Translations under genes and position numbers: made by a program
From: Gammaproteobacteria bacterium
GTDB lineage: Bacteria; Pseudomonadota; Gammaproteobacteria; Pseudomonadales; Pseudohongiellaceae
Assembly (NCBI GenBank): GCA_012960305.1
Contig: DUBM01000009.1
Location: 210,238 to 274,237, forward strand
DNA: 64,000 nucleotides
Reading direction: 5' to 3'
Shown: positions 9,046 to 18,560 of the stretch, in pieces
Layout of the letters: every line of letters begins with the position of its first letter
How positions within the stretch are numbered: the first letter of the stretch is position 1
Notes under the pieces: model-generated
Seen by the model: only the letters and a program-made list of their open reading frames with translations
Told to the model about the DNA's origin: nothing
Database searches by the model: none

Positions 9046-10356
9046 TCAGTTGGCGCTAGGTGACATCGGTGTTGCCCATATTTGATTATAATCTAGTACG
9101 TTGGCGTAGACTAGATTAGCATCGAAATTTAATCGATCGACGCCGTAAACTTCAAACAACGCCTCAAAACTACCAAGCGCACCATCGTTATCGATTGCAG
9201 TGACTAAATCCATTAACGCATTCGCATCAGCCAGCGCTTGAGCAGTGTGCATTAAACCGGCATCGCGCATACCAGAAATCAGTATCACTTGGGTATCGAT
9301 ACTGGCCGGAAAAGTAGAGAACATACCATAGTCTCTGAACGGCTCGCCTTCTTCAGGCAATCCAGCATCACTGGTGTAATACTCCGCAGTTTCTTTATTC
9401 AATAACTCATCGTAGCTCCGTCCAATTTTTAATCCAGATCCCGCAAAAGCCATGTCGGTTAATTTTTCTAGTGCACTGAGGTAACCTATGTAGACAATAT
9501 GATTACTTCTAATATCTGAAGTAGTTAAGTCAGACATCATCGTAATGTTCACCCGCTTACCACTGTCTTGCAATATAGGAATTATTTTTGCAAGCGCAAA
9601 GGCACTACCTTCTGGCATATAACTTAAATCTAGATCGAGATAATATTCTGCTTGTTCGATATCACTAAATTGTAGATCTTCCAAATCCGATCGGGAGTTG
9701 ATGTTAAATTCACGCACCATCCTAGCAATGTTTCCGTTAGCGTTTAGTTCGCCAAATATATAGTAGTCGCCCATTACCACTAGAATCGGCTGGTTATCGA
9801 TTAGGACACTAGCCCAAACAGCATGCTCAGCTGCTTCGACTGTAGGTTGGTTTGAAGTTGCAGAACCATCTGTCATTAGAACTACTAAATTAGCGAACAA
9901 CAACAATGCTAGCGTGAACATTAGTCCATTAGTAAAATTAAGATATGGCCCAAGTCTATTGATTTTCGAAGACGCTAAACTTGAATTTTTCGAATTCACC
10001 GCAATAGTGTACTGCCCTTTCGGTATAACGATGCGATGTACTGCACCCTGCTCATTATTTTCATAATAGGCATCCAGTTTTTTGCGCAGCTGATGTACAT
10101 AGACCCGAACCGTAGAATCCGCCGTAACATCAAAATCTTCACCGCGGCCCAAAACATCGATCGCGAGTTCCAACTCTCTAGGTAGGCGGTTTTCAAGAGA
10201 GCATTGAACCAGATACTGAAGCATCGCCGAGTAATATTTCGACCTTCCCAACTCGCCGCTATTGATGATGCGCTGGCAGAGCCCACGCAATTCCGCCTCA
10301 CTGAATACTTCCCCAATGGATTTTGGATTCGGACTGCCTTTTGCAATATCTTTCAT
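9046..10356 (-). CDS. membrane-anchored winged-helix (CadC/ToxR-like) transcriptional regulator with a periplasmic domain of unknown function
   Basis: The N-terminus SGELGRSKYYSAMLQYLV...DVLGRGEDFDVTADSTVRVYVHQLRKKLDAYY...IVIPKGQY matches the OmpR/CadC-type wHTH wing. A single TM segment (LMFTLALLLFANLVVLM) follows, then about 270 aa of extracytoplasmic sequence. Confidence 0.7.
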   Translation of the reverse strand: MKDIAKGSPNPKSIGEVFSEAELRGLCQRIINSGELGRSKYYSAMLQYLVQCSLENRLPRELELAIDVLGRGEDFDVTADSTVRVYVHQLRKKLDAYYENNEQGAVHRIVIPKGQYTIAVNSKNSSLASSKINRLGPYLNFTNGLMFTLALLLFANLVVLMTDGSATSNQPTVEAAEHAVWASVLIDNQPILVVMGDYYIFGELNANGNIARMVREFNINSRSDLEDLQFSDIEQAEYYLDLDLSYMPEGSAFALAKIIPILQDSGKRVNITMMSDLTTSDIRSNHIVYIGYLSALEKLTDMAFAGSGLKIGRSYDELLNKETAEYYTSDAGLPEEGEPFRDYGMFSTFPASIDTQVILISGMRDAGLMHTAQALADANALMDLVTAIDNDGALGSFEALFEVYGVDRLNFDANLVYANVLDYNQIWATPMSPSAN

Positions 10357-10486
10357 TATTTATTGAAGCTTGGTTACTAAAAACCTGATTATAGCAGTTT
10401 TGAGGAATGGAGAACGTCAACTACCGGCCATTTCACAGGAAAACTAGTTAGACGGAGGCACGCTGCGATTAAGTCGAAATATGCTC

Positions 10487-10510
10487 ATTCCTTTATTCCT
10501 TTATTCCTTT
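10487..10510. repeat. 3 x 8-bp perfect tandem direct repeat (ATTCCTTT) upstream of the ToxR-like gene
   Basis: ATTCCTTT ATTCCTTT ATTCCTTT read directly from the sequence, about 130-155 bp upstream of the start at 10356. Confidence 0.8.
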
Positions 10511-10681
10511 TTCAAGCAGTCAATTACCTGCAGATATGTAATTTTTTGGGTTATTTATAAACGGGGCATTTATCATTTATACCCGCGTATAGTTAAATTA
10601 CATGAACAAGGATCACGCACCTAAACGTATTAAACAAGTGCGCATAAAAAAGATGTGTTGGGAGTACGGAGGTCTAAGGAA

Positions 10682-11977
10682 TCAGAGTTTGATTAGAAGT
10701 GATTTGAGCTTGTCGTTATAGTCGATTTCACCCTCCATGACATATTGCTCATGGTTACGCTCGATATAACGCAGATCATAGAGATAATTCACCATAGTAC
10801 CTCGAGATTGGCTAATGCCTTTCTCACTGAGATCAGCTGAGGTATGCACTTGATGAATTTTAGCACCGTTGCCAAGATGGAAACGGGCAACGGGATCAAC
10901 TGGGTACTTTCCTTGTTTAGCCGATAATAAATAGTTGAGAACGGTTCTTTTTATAAGCTCGTCGTTTTCACCGATGGATTCGAGAACTGGCGATAACGAT
11001 TTAAGTTCTTTTTTAAGATTGGTAAGTTCCTCCGCCTCATCTATGCTATCTGCACCTAACCATCGTTCTAAGCCTGGAATTGGAGAAAGGGTCACAAAGG
11101 TCTTAATAGAAGGAAATTCTGCTTGGAGTTCTTGTACTACCTGTTTGATCAATAAATTGCCAAATGAAATGTTTTTTAAACCAGGCTGGCAATTACTAAT
11201 ACTATAAAATGTTGCAGTTTTGTAACCGGAAGGATCTACAACGTCCCTGCCCTTGTCTTCTAGAATAGAGTCTATTGAATGTGGAACCTCGTTCGTTAAA
11301 GCAACCTCGACGAAGATTAGCGGCTCATCCACTAAGGCTGGATGAAAGTATGCAAAACAGCGGCGGTTTGGTGGATCGATACGACTACGAAGGTCATTCC
11401 AGTCTTTTATCTCGTGTACAGCCTCGTAGCGGATGATTCGCTCAAGTATTGCTGCTGAAGAAGCCCAGTTAATTGTCTGCAGTACAAGAAAACCCCGGCC
11501 AAACCAGGAAGAGAATAAACGCACAAAGTCTCCATCAACCGATTTAAGTTGCGGATGGTCTTTAAGATGCTTGAGCAAATCAGTGCGCATCGCCACCAAG
11601 TCATGAGTAGCGCCCGGCGTTTGATTAAGCCGTTTGAACAAATCATTACGTTTTGGGCGAGTGGCATCGGAAAGTTTATTTAGATTTGAACTCGAAGGAT
11701 CTTTTTCATAGGTTTCGTATACTCGTCTCACCATTGCTGGGTCTGCGTTAAAATTTTCTTCTAGGTTTTTAAAGAATTCTAATTTTTGGGCTTCATTAAG
11801 ATCAATGTAATGATCGAGCACCTGTCGTGCAGTAACGATGCCGGAAACTTCACCTACTGTTCCCATTAACTTTTCTAGCAATTCATCGATTGATGCCGCT
11901 TCGTTATTGGTGAAGAATAGTCCGCGCTGGCGGTTAACTAATCCGCTGAGGAAATCTTGAAATCTACTAAATGCCAT
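10682..11977 (-). CDS. malonyl-CoA decarboxylase
   Basis: 431 aa with motifs characteristic of the MCD family: FSSWFGRGFLVLQTINW, RRCFAYFHP, PLIFVEVAL, FYSISNCQPGL and LSPIPGLERW. Confidence 0.88.
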   Translation of the reverse strand: MAFSRFQDFLSGLVNRQRGLFFTNNEAASIDELLEKLMGTVGEVSGIVTARQVLDHYIDLNEAQKLEFFKNLEENFNADPAMVRRVYETYEKDPSSSNLNKLSDATRPKRNDLFKRLNQTPGATHDLVAMRTDLLKHLKDHPQLKSVDGDFVRLFSSWFGRGFLVLQTINWASSAAILERIIRYEAVHEIKDWNDLRSRIDPPNRRCFAYFHPALVDEPLIFVEVALTNEVPHSIDSILEDKGRDVVDPSGYKTATFYSISNCQPGLKNISFGNLLIKQVVQELQAEFPSIKTFVTLSPIPGLERWLGADSIDEAEELTNLKKELKSLSPVLESIGENDELIKRTVLNYLLSAKQGKYPVDPVARFHLGNGAKIHQVHTSADLSEKGISQSRGTMVNYLYDLRYIERNHEQYVMEGEIDYNDKLKSLLIKL

Positions 11978-12512
11978 ATACTAACCTTACAACACAGCTC
12001 TTAATTCAGCCAATGTTTATCTAGCCCACACGATCCACTTCAATCAATAGTTGTAAGCTGTTCGCTGAGTATCACGAGCTGCTTGAATTAAAAATTTCTA
12101 AGCAACAACTTAAGTATTTAATTAAAAAATATAGAAAGAACTTTCAAAATTCGTAATACCAATTTTATTATCTTTAATAATGGATGTTCCGCCCCCTTCC
12201 GAGACACTCATCAATATTAATAAAACTATCATCATACTCTCGAGATTTTTTGAAGGAATTACTTTGCTGAAAAGCGAGTCGTTAATCAAATGCAAACCCG
12301 ATGAATCCCACAGGCCATATCGCTAACTTTTAAGCTGCCATCTGGGAAAAAGGACACCACATCTTTCTCATTAGACATACGTTCTTCAGCTTAAAACGAT
12401 TCTTTAAAAACCCTTAATCTTTAATGGAAGCAATGTTTATCGCACACAAGTCATGAAAGAAAAAAGCCTCTCTTATTATGTTATCGATCACAGCGAAAGA
12501 TTGAAATTTCAA

Positions 12513-12530
12513 CATATTGTCAACAATATG
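12513..12530. promoter_or_regulatory. GntR/FadR-type operator candidate 1
   Basis: CATATTGT-CA-ACAATATG has perfect 8-bp arms. The core TTGTCAACAA fits the GntR-family T.GT-N2-AC.A pattern. Confidence 0.5.
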
Positions 12531-12575
12531 ATTGAATTATCTACTGATTTGGTAGATTATTTAAACTTATCTTAA

Positions 12576-12588
12576 ATATTGTTAACAA
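12576..12588. promoter_or_regulatory. GntR/FadR-type operator candidate 2, overlapping the regulator's own translation start region
   Basis: ATATTGT-TA-ACAA contains the perfect palindrome TTGTTAACAA (12579-12588). Its left arm ATATTGT is identical to site 1. The two centres are 62 bp apart. Confidence 0.5.
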
Positions 12589-13277
12589 AAACAGTGATGA
12601 ACAAAGAATTTTCCTCTCTAATAGAAACGCGGCCATCAACGCTGGCCGATGACGTCTTCTCCAATCTCCGAACGGCGATTGTAAAGGGTGAGCTGGAATC
12701 CGGATCGAAAATCAATGAACCCCAATTAAGTAAGCTATACGGCATCAGCAGAGGCCCGCTCCGCGAGGCTATTCGACGGCTGGAGGGCTGTAAACTTGTC
12801 GAGATTACACCAAATGTTGGTGCTAAAGTAATCTCTCTTAATAAATCACAAGCTATTGAAATATATGAGATTAGAGAATCTTTAGAAGGTTTAGCTTGTC
12901 GCTTATCAGCAACCCGTGTAGATCAAAAAGACTGCAACAAGTTGCGCGATTTGCTTTCCAATCATGCGCAACAGATCCAATCAGAAAACGGCAGGCTTTA
13001 TTATCAAAAAGAAGGTGATTTAGATTTTCACTATCTGATTGTTCAGCTTAGTGGCAATGCTCGGCTATTTCACTTGCTTTGCGAAGAGCTATATCACCTA
13101 TTACGTTTGTACCGCTGTCAAACGAGCAGTAAACCGTCTCGTCCTGGACAAGCTTTTAAAGAGCATCACAACATAGTTGATGCACTAGAGAATCGAGACG
13201 GCGAACTGGCAGAAATGCTCATGAGGCGACATATTGCCAATGCTAAAGAGACATTAATCAGTCAATTTGAAGAGTAG
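12579..13277 (+). CDS. GntR-family (FCD-domain) transcriptional regulator of the methylcitrate operon
   Basis: The N-terminal wHTH (LPSE-like EPQLSKLYGISRGPLREAIRRLEG) is followed by a helical FCD-type C-domain, directly upstream of prpB. The true start is probably the ATG at 12597 (MNKEFSS). Confidence 0.85.
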   Translation: MLTKTVMNKEFSSLIETRPSTLADDVFSNLRTAIVKGELESGSKINEPQLSKLYGISRGPLREAIRRLEGCKLVEITPNVGAKVISLNKSQAIEIYEIRESLEGLACRLSATRVDQKDCNKLRDLLSNHAQQIQSENGRLYYQKEGDLDFHYLIVQLSGNARLFHLLCEELYHLLRLYRCQTSSKPSRPGQAFKEHHNIVDALENRDGELAEMLMRRHIANAKETLISQFEE

Positions 13278-13326
13278 ATAATTTATATAGATCAGAAAGT
13301 TAAATAATCTAATTGAGGAGAACTTT

Positions 13327-14208
13327 ATGACTTCACTATCCCCGGGAGCCAAGTTTAGAAAAGCCCTGGAAGACAACAAGCCACTTCAGATTGTCGGAAC
13401 AATTAACGCATACTGCGCCATGCTGGCTGAAGATGCTGGGCACGATGCAATCTATCTATCCGGTGGTGGTGTAGCAAATGCCTCCTACGGCCTTCCCGAC
13501 CTTGGAATTACTAGCCTCAATGATGTAGTTACTGATGTTGAAAGGATTTCTAATGCCACTGATGTCCCCCTACTGGTGGATATCGATACTGGCTGGGGTG
13601 GAGCATTCAATATTGCCCGATCCATAAAGGCCATGGAGAAAGCTGGAGCTGCAGCAGTGCATATCGAGGATCAAGTGTCGCAGAAACGCTGCGGCCATCG
13701 ACCCAATAAGGCCATTGTTAGCCAAGCGGAGATGGTTGATCGCATAAAAGCTGCGAGCGATGCAAAGATAGATGGCGATTTTTTAGTTATGGCACGAACC
13801 GATGCCCTCGCTGTAGAGGGTATGGGCGCGGCCATTGAACGTGCAGTGGCCTGCGTCGAGGCAGGCGCCGATGCCATATTCCCTGAGGCCATGATTAAAT
13901 TGGAACAGTATAAGCAATTCGCAGAAGCTGTGGATGTGCCGATTCTAGCGAATATCACTGAATTTGGTCAGACGCCGCTCTTTAACTGTAATGAATTGGA
14001 CAAAAATGGGGTTGCCATGGTCCTGTACCCATTAAGCGCTTTTCGCGCCATGAGCAGAGCAGCTCTGGACGTGTATCAGACGATTTCGATCAATGGTGAC
14101 CAAACTGCTGTATTAGATAGAATGCAACCTAGAGCAGAGCTCTATGAAGTGCTGGGATACCATGCTTATGAGCAAAAACTGGACTTATTGTTTGAGTCAG
14201 ATAATTAA
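13327..14208 (+). CDS. prpB: 2-methylisocitrate lyase
   Basis: 293 aa with isocitrate-lyase/PEP-mutase superfamily motifs [20 protein letters not shown] and ARTDA. Followed by prpC. Confidence 0.94.
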   Translation: MTSLSPGAKFRKALEDNKPLQIVGTINAYCAMLAEDAGHDAIYLSGGGVANASYGLPDLGITSLNDVVTDVERISNATDVPLLVDIDTGWGGAFNIARSIKAMEKAGAAAVHIEDQVSQKRCGHRPNKAIVSQAEMVDRIKAASDAKIDGDFLVMARTDALAVEGMGAAIERAVACVEAGADAIFPEAMIKLEQYKQFAEAVDVPILANITEFGQTPLFNCNELDKNGVAMVLYPLSAFRAMSRAALDVYQTISINGDQTAVLDRMQPRAELYEVLGYHAYEQKLDLLFESDN

Positions 14209-14321
14209 TTATTTCAGATAGTTATAGCACTTTACTAAATTTATATTAAATATTGATCAACACTGCGAATGCGAGCCTTAGTGACCTAAGATTAGCCTAA
14301 AAAATCATTGGAGAAGAGGAA

Positions 14322-15446
14322 ATGGCAGAGAAAAAATTAGTTGGTGCCGGCTTACGAGGCCAAGTCGCCGGAGAAACAGCACTGTGCACTGTAGGCAAGA
14401 CTGGTACCGGGCTTACTTATCGAGGCTACGACATCAGTGTACTTGCAGAAAAAGCTAAATTCGCAGAAGTAGCCTTCCTACTGCTTAAAGGTCACCTCCC
14501 TACACAGACTGAACTTGATGGTTATTGCGGTAAAATCGAATCATTAAGGAGTTTACCTCAGGAGCTAAAAGGCGTTCTTGAGCGAATCCCTGCTTCCGCG
14601 CATCCGATGGATGTAATGCGCACCGGCTGCTCAATGCTGGGCAATTTAGAGATTGAAAAGGACTTTTCAGAACAAGACGAAGTGGTGGATCGCCTACTGG
14701 CAGTATTTCCATCGATTATTTGTTACTGGTATATGTTCTCTCATGAGAGAAAGCGAATCGATACTGCTCTGGATGATAATTCAATAGGTGCCCATTTCCT
14801 TCACATGCTTGGTGGAAAGGCTCCTAATAAGCTATTTCGCCAGGTTATGGATGTCTCACTTATTCTCTACGCGGAACATGAATTCAACGCCTCAACCTTC
14901 ACTGCCAGAGTTTGCGCGTCCACCCTCTCTGATATGCACTCTTGCATAACAGCCGCTATCGGTAGTTTGCGAGGCCCACTGCACGGTGGTGCAAATGAAG
15001 CAGCCATGGACATGATTGAAAACTGGCAGTCTGTCGACGAGGCAGAAAGCGAAATCATGGGCATGTTGGAGCGGAAAGACAAAATTATGGGCTTTGGCCA
15101 CGCTATTTACAGTGAATCCGACCCCCGCAACACGATTATTAAGCAATTTGCCGCAAAGTTAGCTGACCATGTGGGTGATTCGGTGCTCTATCCGGTGTCA
15201 GTCCGCTGTGAAGAGGTTATGTGGCGCGAGAAGAAGCTATTTTGTAACGCCGATTTCTTTCATGCTTCTGCTTATCATTTCATGAATATACCGACCAAGC
15301 TCTTCACCCCGATATTCGTGATGTCTCGGCTCACTGGTTGGGCTGCTCACGTTAAAGAACAGCGTGCGAATAACCGCATAATAAGACCCAGTGCGAACTA
15401 CACCGGGCCTGAAACTTCGACTTGGGTGGATATAGCTGACAGATAA
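14322..15446 (+). CDS. prpC: 2-methylcitrate synthase
   Basis: 374 aa in the citrate synthase family (GPLHGGANEA, GFGHAIY, DPR). It lies between prpB and prpD. Confidence 0.94.
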   Translation: MAEKKLVGAGLRGQVAGETALCTVGKTGTGLTYRGYDISVLAEKAKFAEVAFLLLKGHLPTQTELDGYCGKIESLRSLPQELKGVLERIPASAHPMDVMRTGCSMLGNLEIEKDFSEQDEVVDRLLAVFPSIICYWYMFSHERKRIDTALDDNSIGAHFLHMLGGKAPNKLFRQVMDVSLILYAEHEFNASTFTARVCASTLSDMHSCITAAIGSLRGPLHGGANEAAMDMIENWQSVDEAESEIMGMLERKDKIMGFGHAIYSESDPRNTIIKQFAAKLADHVGDSVLYPVSVRCEEVMWREKKLFCNADFFHASAYHFMNIPTKLFTPIFVMSRLTGWAAHVKEQRANNRIIRPSANYTGPETSTWVDIADR

Positions 15447-15646
15447 GTACTATTCGCTTAACCGATACTGCTCTCCATCACTTTCCTGGCACCAGCAAGT
15501 CCCGAGCCAGGCTTAACTATAGTGGCCACGTTGATTACCAACCGTGAAAGTATCATCAGGCTTCAATAGCGGCCGTAGGAGCTATCGAAAGAATGTCTAT
15601 TCAGTTTAACTAATACATATAAGTATTTGATTTAAAGGATTAATAA

Positions 15647-17095
15647 ATGTCTAAAAATGTTGATTTGAACACCCGATCAGAGCCAGATCAAGTATTAAAG
15701 GACATCGCCGATTACGTTTGCGATTACGAAATTGATTCCGATGAGGCTTTTAATACAGCGCGAAACTGCCTTATGGATACGCTCGGCTGCGGCCTCCTAG
15801 CCTTACGCTTTCCCGAGTGTACAAAACTGCTTGGGCCAATCGTTGAAGGCACTATGGTGCCAAATGGAGCTCGGGTTCCAGGCACACAATTGCGACTAGA
15901 CCCAATCAAAGCTGCCTGGGACATAGGCTGCATAGTTCGCTGGCTGGATTACAACGATACCTGGCTGGCCGCTGAGTGGGGCCACCCTTCTGATAATCTT
16001 GGAGCCATACTCGCAGTTGCTGATTTCATATCACAGCAGAATATCGCGGCGGGTAAAGAACCTCTAAGCATGCATGAAGTTCTCACCGCAATGATCAAAG
16101 CCCATGAGATACAGGGGGTTCTGGCACTAGAGAATAGCTTTAACCGAGTTGGGCTTTGCCATGTACTGTTAGTAAGAGTCGCAAGCACAGCCGTGGTGAC
16201 CAAAATGCTTGGCGGCACTAAGGACCAGGTTATCGATGCCTTATCTCAAGCTTGGGTAGATGGTTCTAGCTTACGAACTTACCGTCATGCACCTAATGCG
16301 GGCCCTCGCAAGTCCTGGGCTGCAGGCGACGCAACTTCGCGAGCGGTGAGACTTGCAGATCTTACCCTACGTGGCGAGATCGGCTACCCAAGCGTGCTTA
16401 CGGCTCCGACTTGGGGCTTCTATGATGTATCTTTTAAAGGTAATTCTTTTTCATTTACAAGAGTTTATGAATCTTATGTAATGGAAAACATTCTTTTTAA
16501 GATATCTTTCCCTGCCGAGTTTCACTCACAGACTGCCGCCGAAGCTGCTGTTCGGCTGCATCCGCAAGTCAAAGACCGCTTAAAAGACATTGAGAAGATC
16601 GTAATTCACACCCATGAGTCGGCAATACGAATAATCAGTAAAGTTGGACCTCTTAACAATCCGGCGGACCGCGATCACTGTCTCCAGTACATGACAGCGG
16701 TGCCTCTAATATTCGGCAATTTAATAGCAGAGCACTACGAAGATGGCTTTCATAGCTCTAACCCTATAATCGATAAACTACGGGAAAAGATGGAAATTCA
16801 CGAGAGTCCAACTTATACGAAAGAGTATCTGGAGCCGGAAAAACGCTCTATTGCTAATGCCCTGCAGGTTTATTTCAAAGATGGAAACTGCACGGAAAAG
16901 GTAGAAATTAACTACCCTGTAGGCCATAAGCGACGCCGCAAGGAAGGTATCCCCCTTCTAGAGAAGAAATTTCAAGCAAATCTTGCAACGAGATTCCCGG
17001 CAAAGCGCTGCGGGAAGATCTTTGCGCTGTGCAAAGACCAAAGGCGATTAGAACAAACTCCAGTAAATGAGTTTATGGACCTCTTTGTAATCTAA
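15647..17095 (+). CDS. prpD: 2-methylcitrate dehydratase
   Basis: 482 aa, MmgE/PrpD family length and layout, last gene of the prp cluster. Confidence 0.9.
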   Translation: MSKNVDLNTRSEPDQVLKDIADYVCDYEIDSDEAFNTARNCLMDTLGCGLLALRFPECTKLLGPIVEGTMVPNGARVPGTQLRLDPIKAAWDIGCIVRWLDYNDTWLAAEWGHPSDNLGAILAVADFISQQNIAAGKEPLSMHEVLTAMIKAHEIQGVLALENSFNRVGLCHVLLVRVASTAVVTKMLGGTKDQVIDALSQAWVDGSSLRTYRHAPNAGPRKSWAAGDATSRAVRLADLTLRGEIGYPSVLTAPTWGFYDVSFKGNSFSFTRVYESYVMENILFKISFPAEFHSQTAAEAAVRLHPQVKDRLKDIEKIVIHTHESAIRIISKVGPLNNPADRDHCLQYMTAVPLIFGNLIAEHYEDGFHSSNPIIDKLREKMEIHESPTYTKEYLEPEKRSIANALQVYFKDGNCTEKVEINYPVGHKRRRKEGIPLLEKKFQANLATRFPAKRCGKIFALCKDQRRLEQTPVNEFMDLFVI

Positions 17096-17314
17096 GATTG
17101 GTCAGTCTCTCAATTTCTTGATATATCGATTACCTGGCCTGACAGCAGGATCTTGAGGCAGCCACCCAGCTTGATATTAAGACGTATTGTACTCAAGTAA
17201 GGCTATTGCAACAGGTAGGCTGCTTTGCTTTTGTCTAGATAAAACTCTGCGCATGGACGGTATCTTTATGTTTTTAAAACCGTTTTATCTAATAAATAAG
17301 ATAAGGACCCAACA

Positions 17315-17761
17315 ATGAATAATGCCGTTTTCATCTCTATTGCTTTCATTACTGGTTCGTTGATTCCCCTTCAACTAGTATTCAACGCCCAATTGGGAGC
17401 CATTACCCGAAGCCCTTACTCTGCAGGACTTATAGTACTTATCGCCGGCTTGCTGACAATGAGCATAATCGTAGTGGTTATGCGCCCGCCAATGCCAAGT
17501 ATGGCCGCTCTGGCAGCGGCACCGCCTAATGTATATTTAGGTGGAGTTATCGCTTCTGTATACATCGTAGCTATTATCATGGTCTCACCAAAGCTGGGCG
17601 TGGGGCTTACTACAGCACTGATTCTGTTCGGCCAGCTAGTTATGGCTTTGATTCTCGATCATGTGGGGGCATTCGGCAATCCACAAATAAGTATCAATGC
17701 CTGGAGAGTGGGCGGAGTCCTAATGATGTTGGGAGGCATTGTCGCAATCAAAACCCATTAG
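17315..17761 (+). CDS. DUF606 / DMT-superfamily small membrane transporter (YdcZ-like)
   Basis: 148 aa with about 5 hydrophobic helices and the motif LILDHVGAFG typical of DUF606. Confidence 0.7.
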   Translation: MNNAVFISIAFITGSLIPLQLVFNAQLGAITRSPYSAGLIVLIAGLLTMSIIVVVMRPPMPSMAALAAAPPNVYLGGVIASVYIVAIIMVSPKLGVGLTTALILFGQLVMALILDHVGAFGNPQISINAWRVGGVLMMLGGIVAIKTH

Positions 17762-18560
17762 ACTGCCCAATTGACCCAAAAGGCCTCGTAACATGTTTGA
17801 ACCACGTAAGCGCCCTTATCGATAATCCGTGCAAACTACATCTTTGCGGTGACTAAGTAGCCCAGCACTTTCATGATTAAAATTTATACCAACAACTGAA
17901 GTTAATGGCCATAATTAGTGACACCGCACACCATATTTCCGCGTCTTCATGTATTATGTTTGCATACGGACGATGTTTCGCGGAAGAGGATTAAAGAAGT
18001 CAGCTAAACTTTTAAAACTAAGGATAATTCTTGCATGGTTAATCTAAACCAAACAATAAAGATTTTAAGTTAATTAAATAATTCACGGCGCAAAGATCGC
18101 CGAAAGGAATTAAGAATATGCAAAAGCTGCTGCACCCTAAGTGAAACACAACCAATGCCTTCACGGAGAAGCGGCACTCATTTAAAATCTAGTTTGAAGT
18201 AAGCACGCGACAGAAAGTAAAATTTATGAAAAAAGATTTTACTTTAAAAAAATAAATACCAGAGAGGATAAGCTCGGGAAGATACCGCTTTTACTGCGGT
18301 TTTTGAAGTTTTGCATTTTGACGGCAACCTAAGGCATGCTTGCGATCGCAATTTTGATAGCTGCAATAATTGTATCTTTAACCATATCTTTAAACGCAAT
18401 GTTGCTAGGAATATATTGAATTACAATAACGTAAGAATTCAGAATCTGTCATGAATACAAGGTATGGATTACTTGGTTAAAAAATAACTATAAAACCTCA
18501 TAATTAATTACGCGCTGATATTTGAAGTGTAAGAGTTAATTCCACTCTCCCCAACCCTGC

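Noticed and set aside
7475-10680. Interpretation of the 7.5-10.7 kb block as a mobile genomic island or prophage remnant.
   Set aside because: There is no integrase, transposase, tRNA attachment site, flanking direct repeats or phage structural genes. Only the lack of recognisable conservation suggests it is accessory.
10602-10721. 39-codon basic ORF (MNKDHAPKRIKQVRIKK...) on the plus strand, overlapping the 3' end of the decarboxylase gene.
   Set aside because: It has no ribosome-binding site, is antisense to a well-supported gene end, and has no recognisable family.
12180-12326. 48-codon ORF (MDVPPPSETLININ...) in the 600-bp divergent region.
   Set aside because: It has no Shine-Dalgarno, sits in AT-rich DNA where such ORFs arise by chance, and has no recognisable motif.
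18329-18385. 18-codon hydrophobic ORF (MVKDTIIAAIKIAIASMP, minus strand) in the 800-bp spacer, considered as a type I toxin-like peptide.
   Set aside because: There is no Shine-Dalgarno and no matching antisense RNA architecture. The adjacent hairpin is oriented for the opposite strand. An ORF this short is expected by chance.
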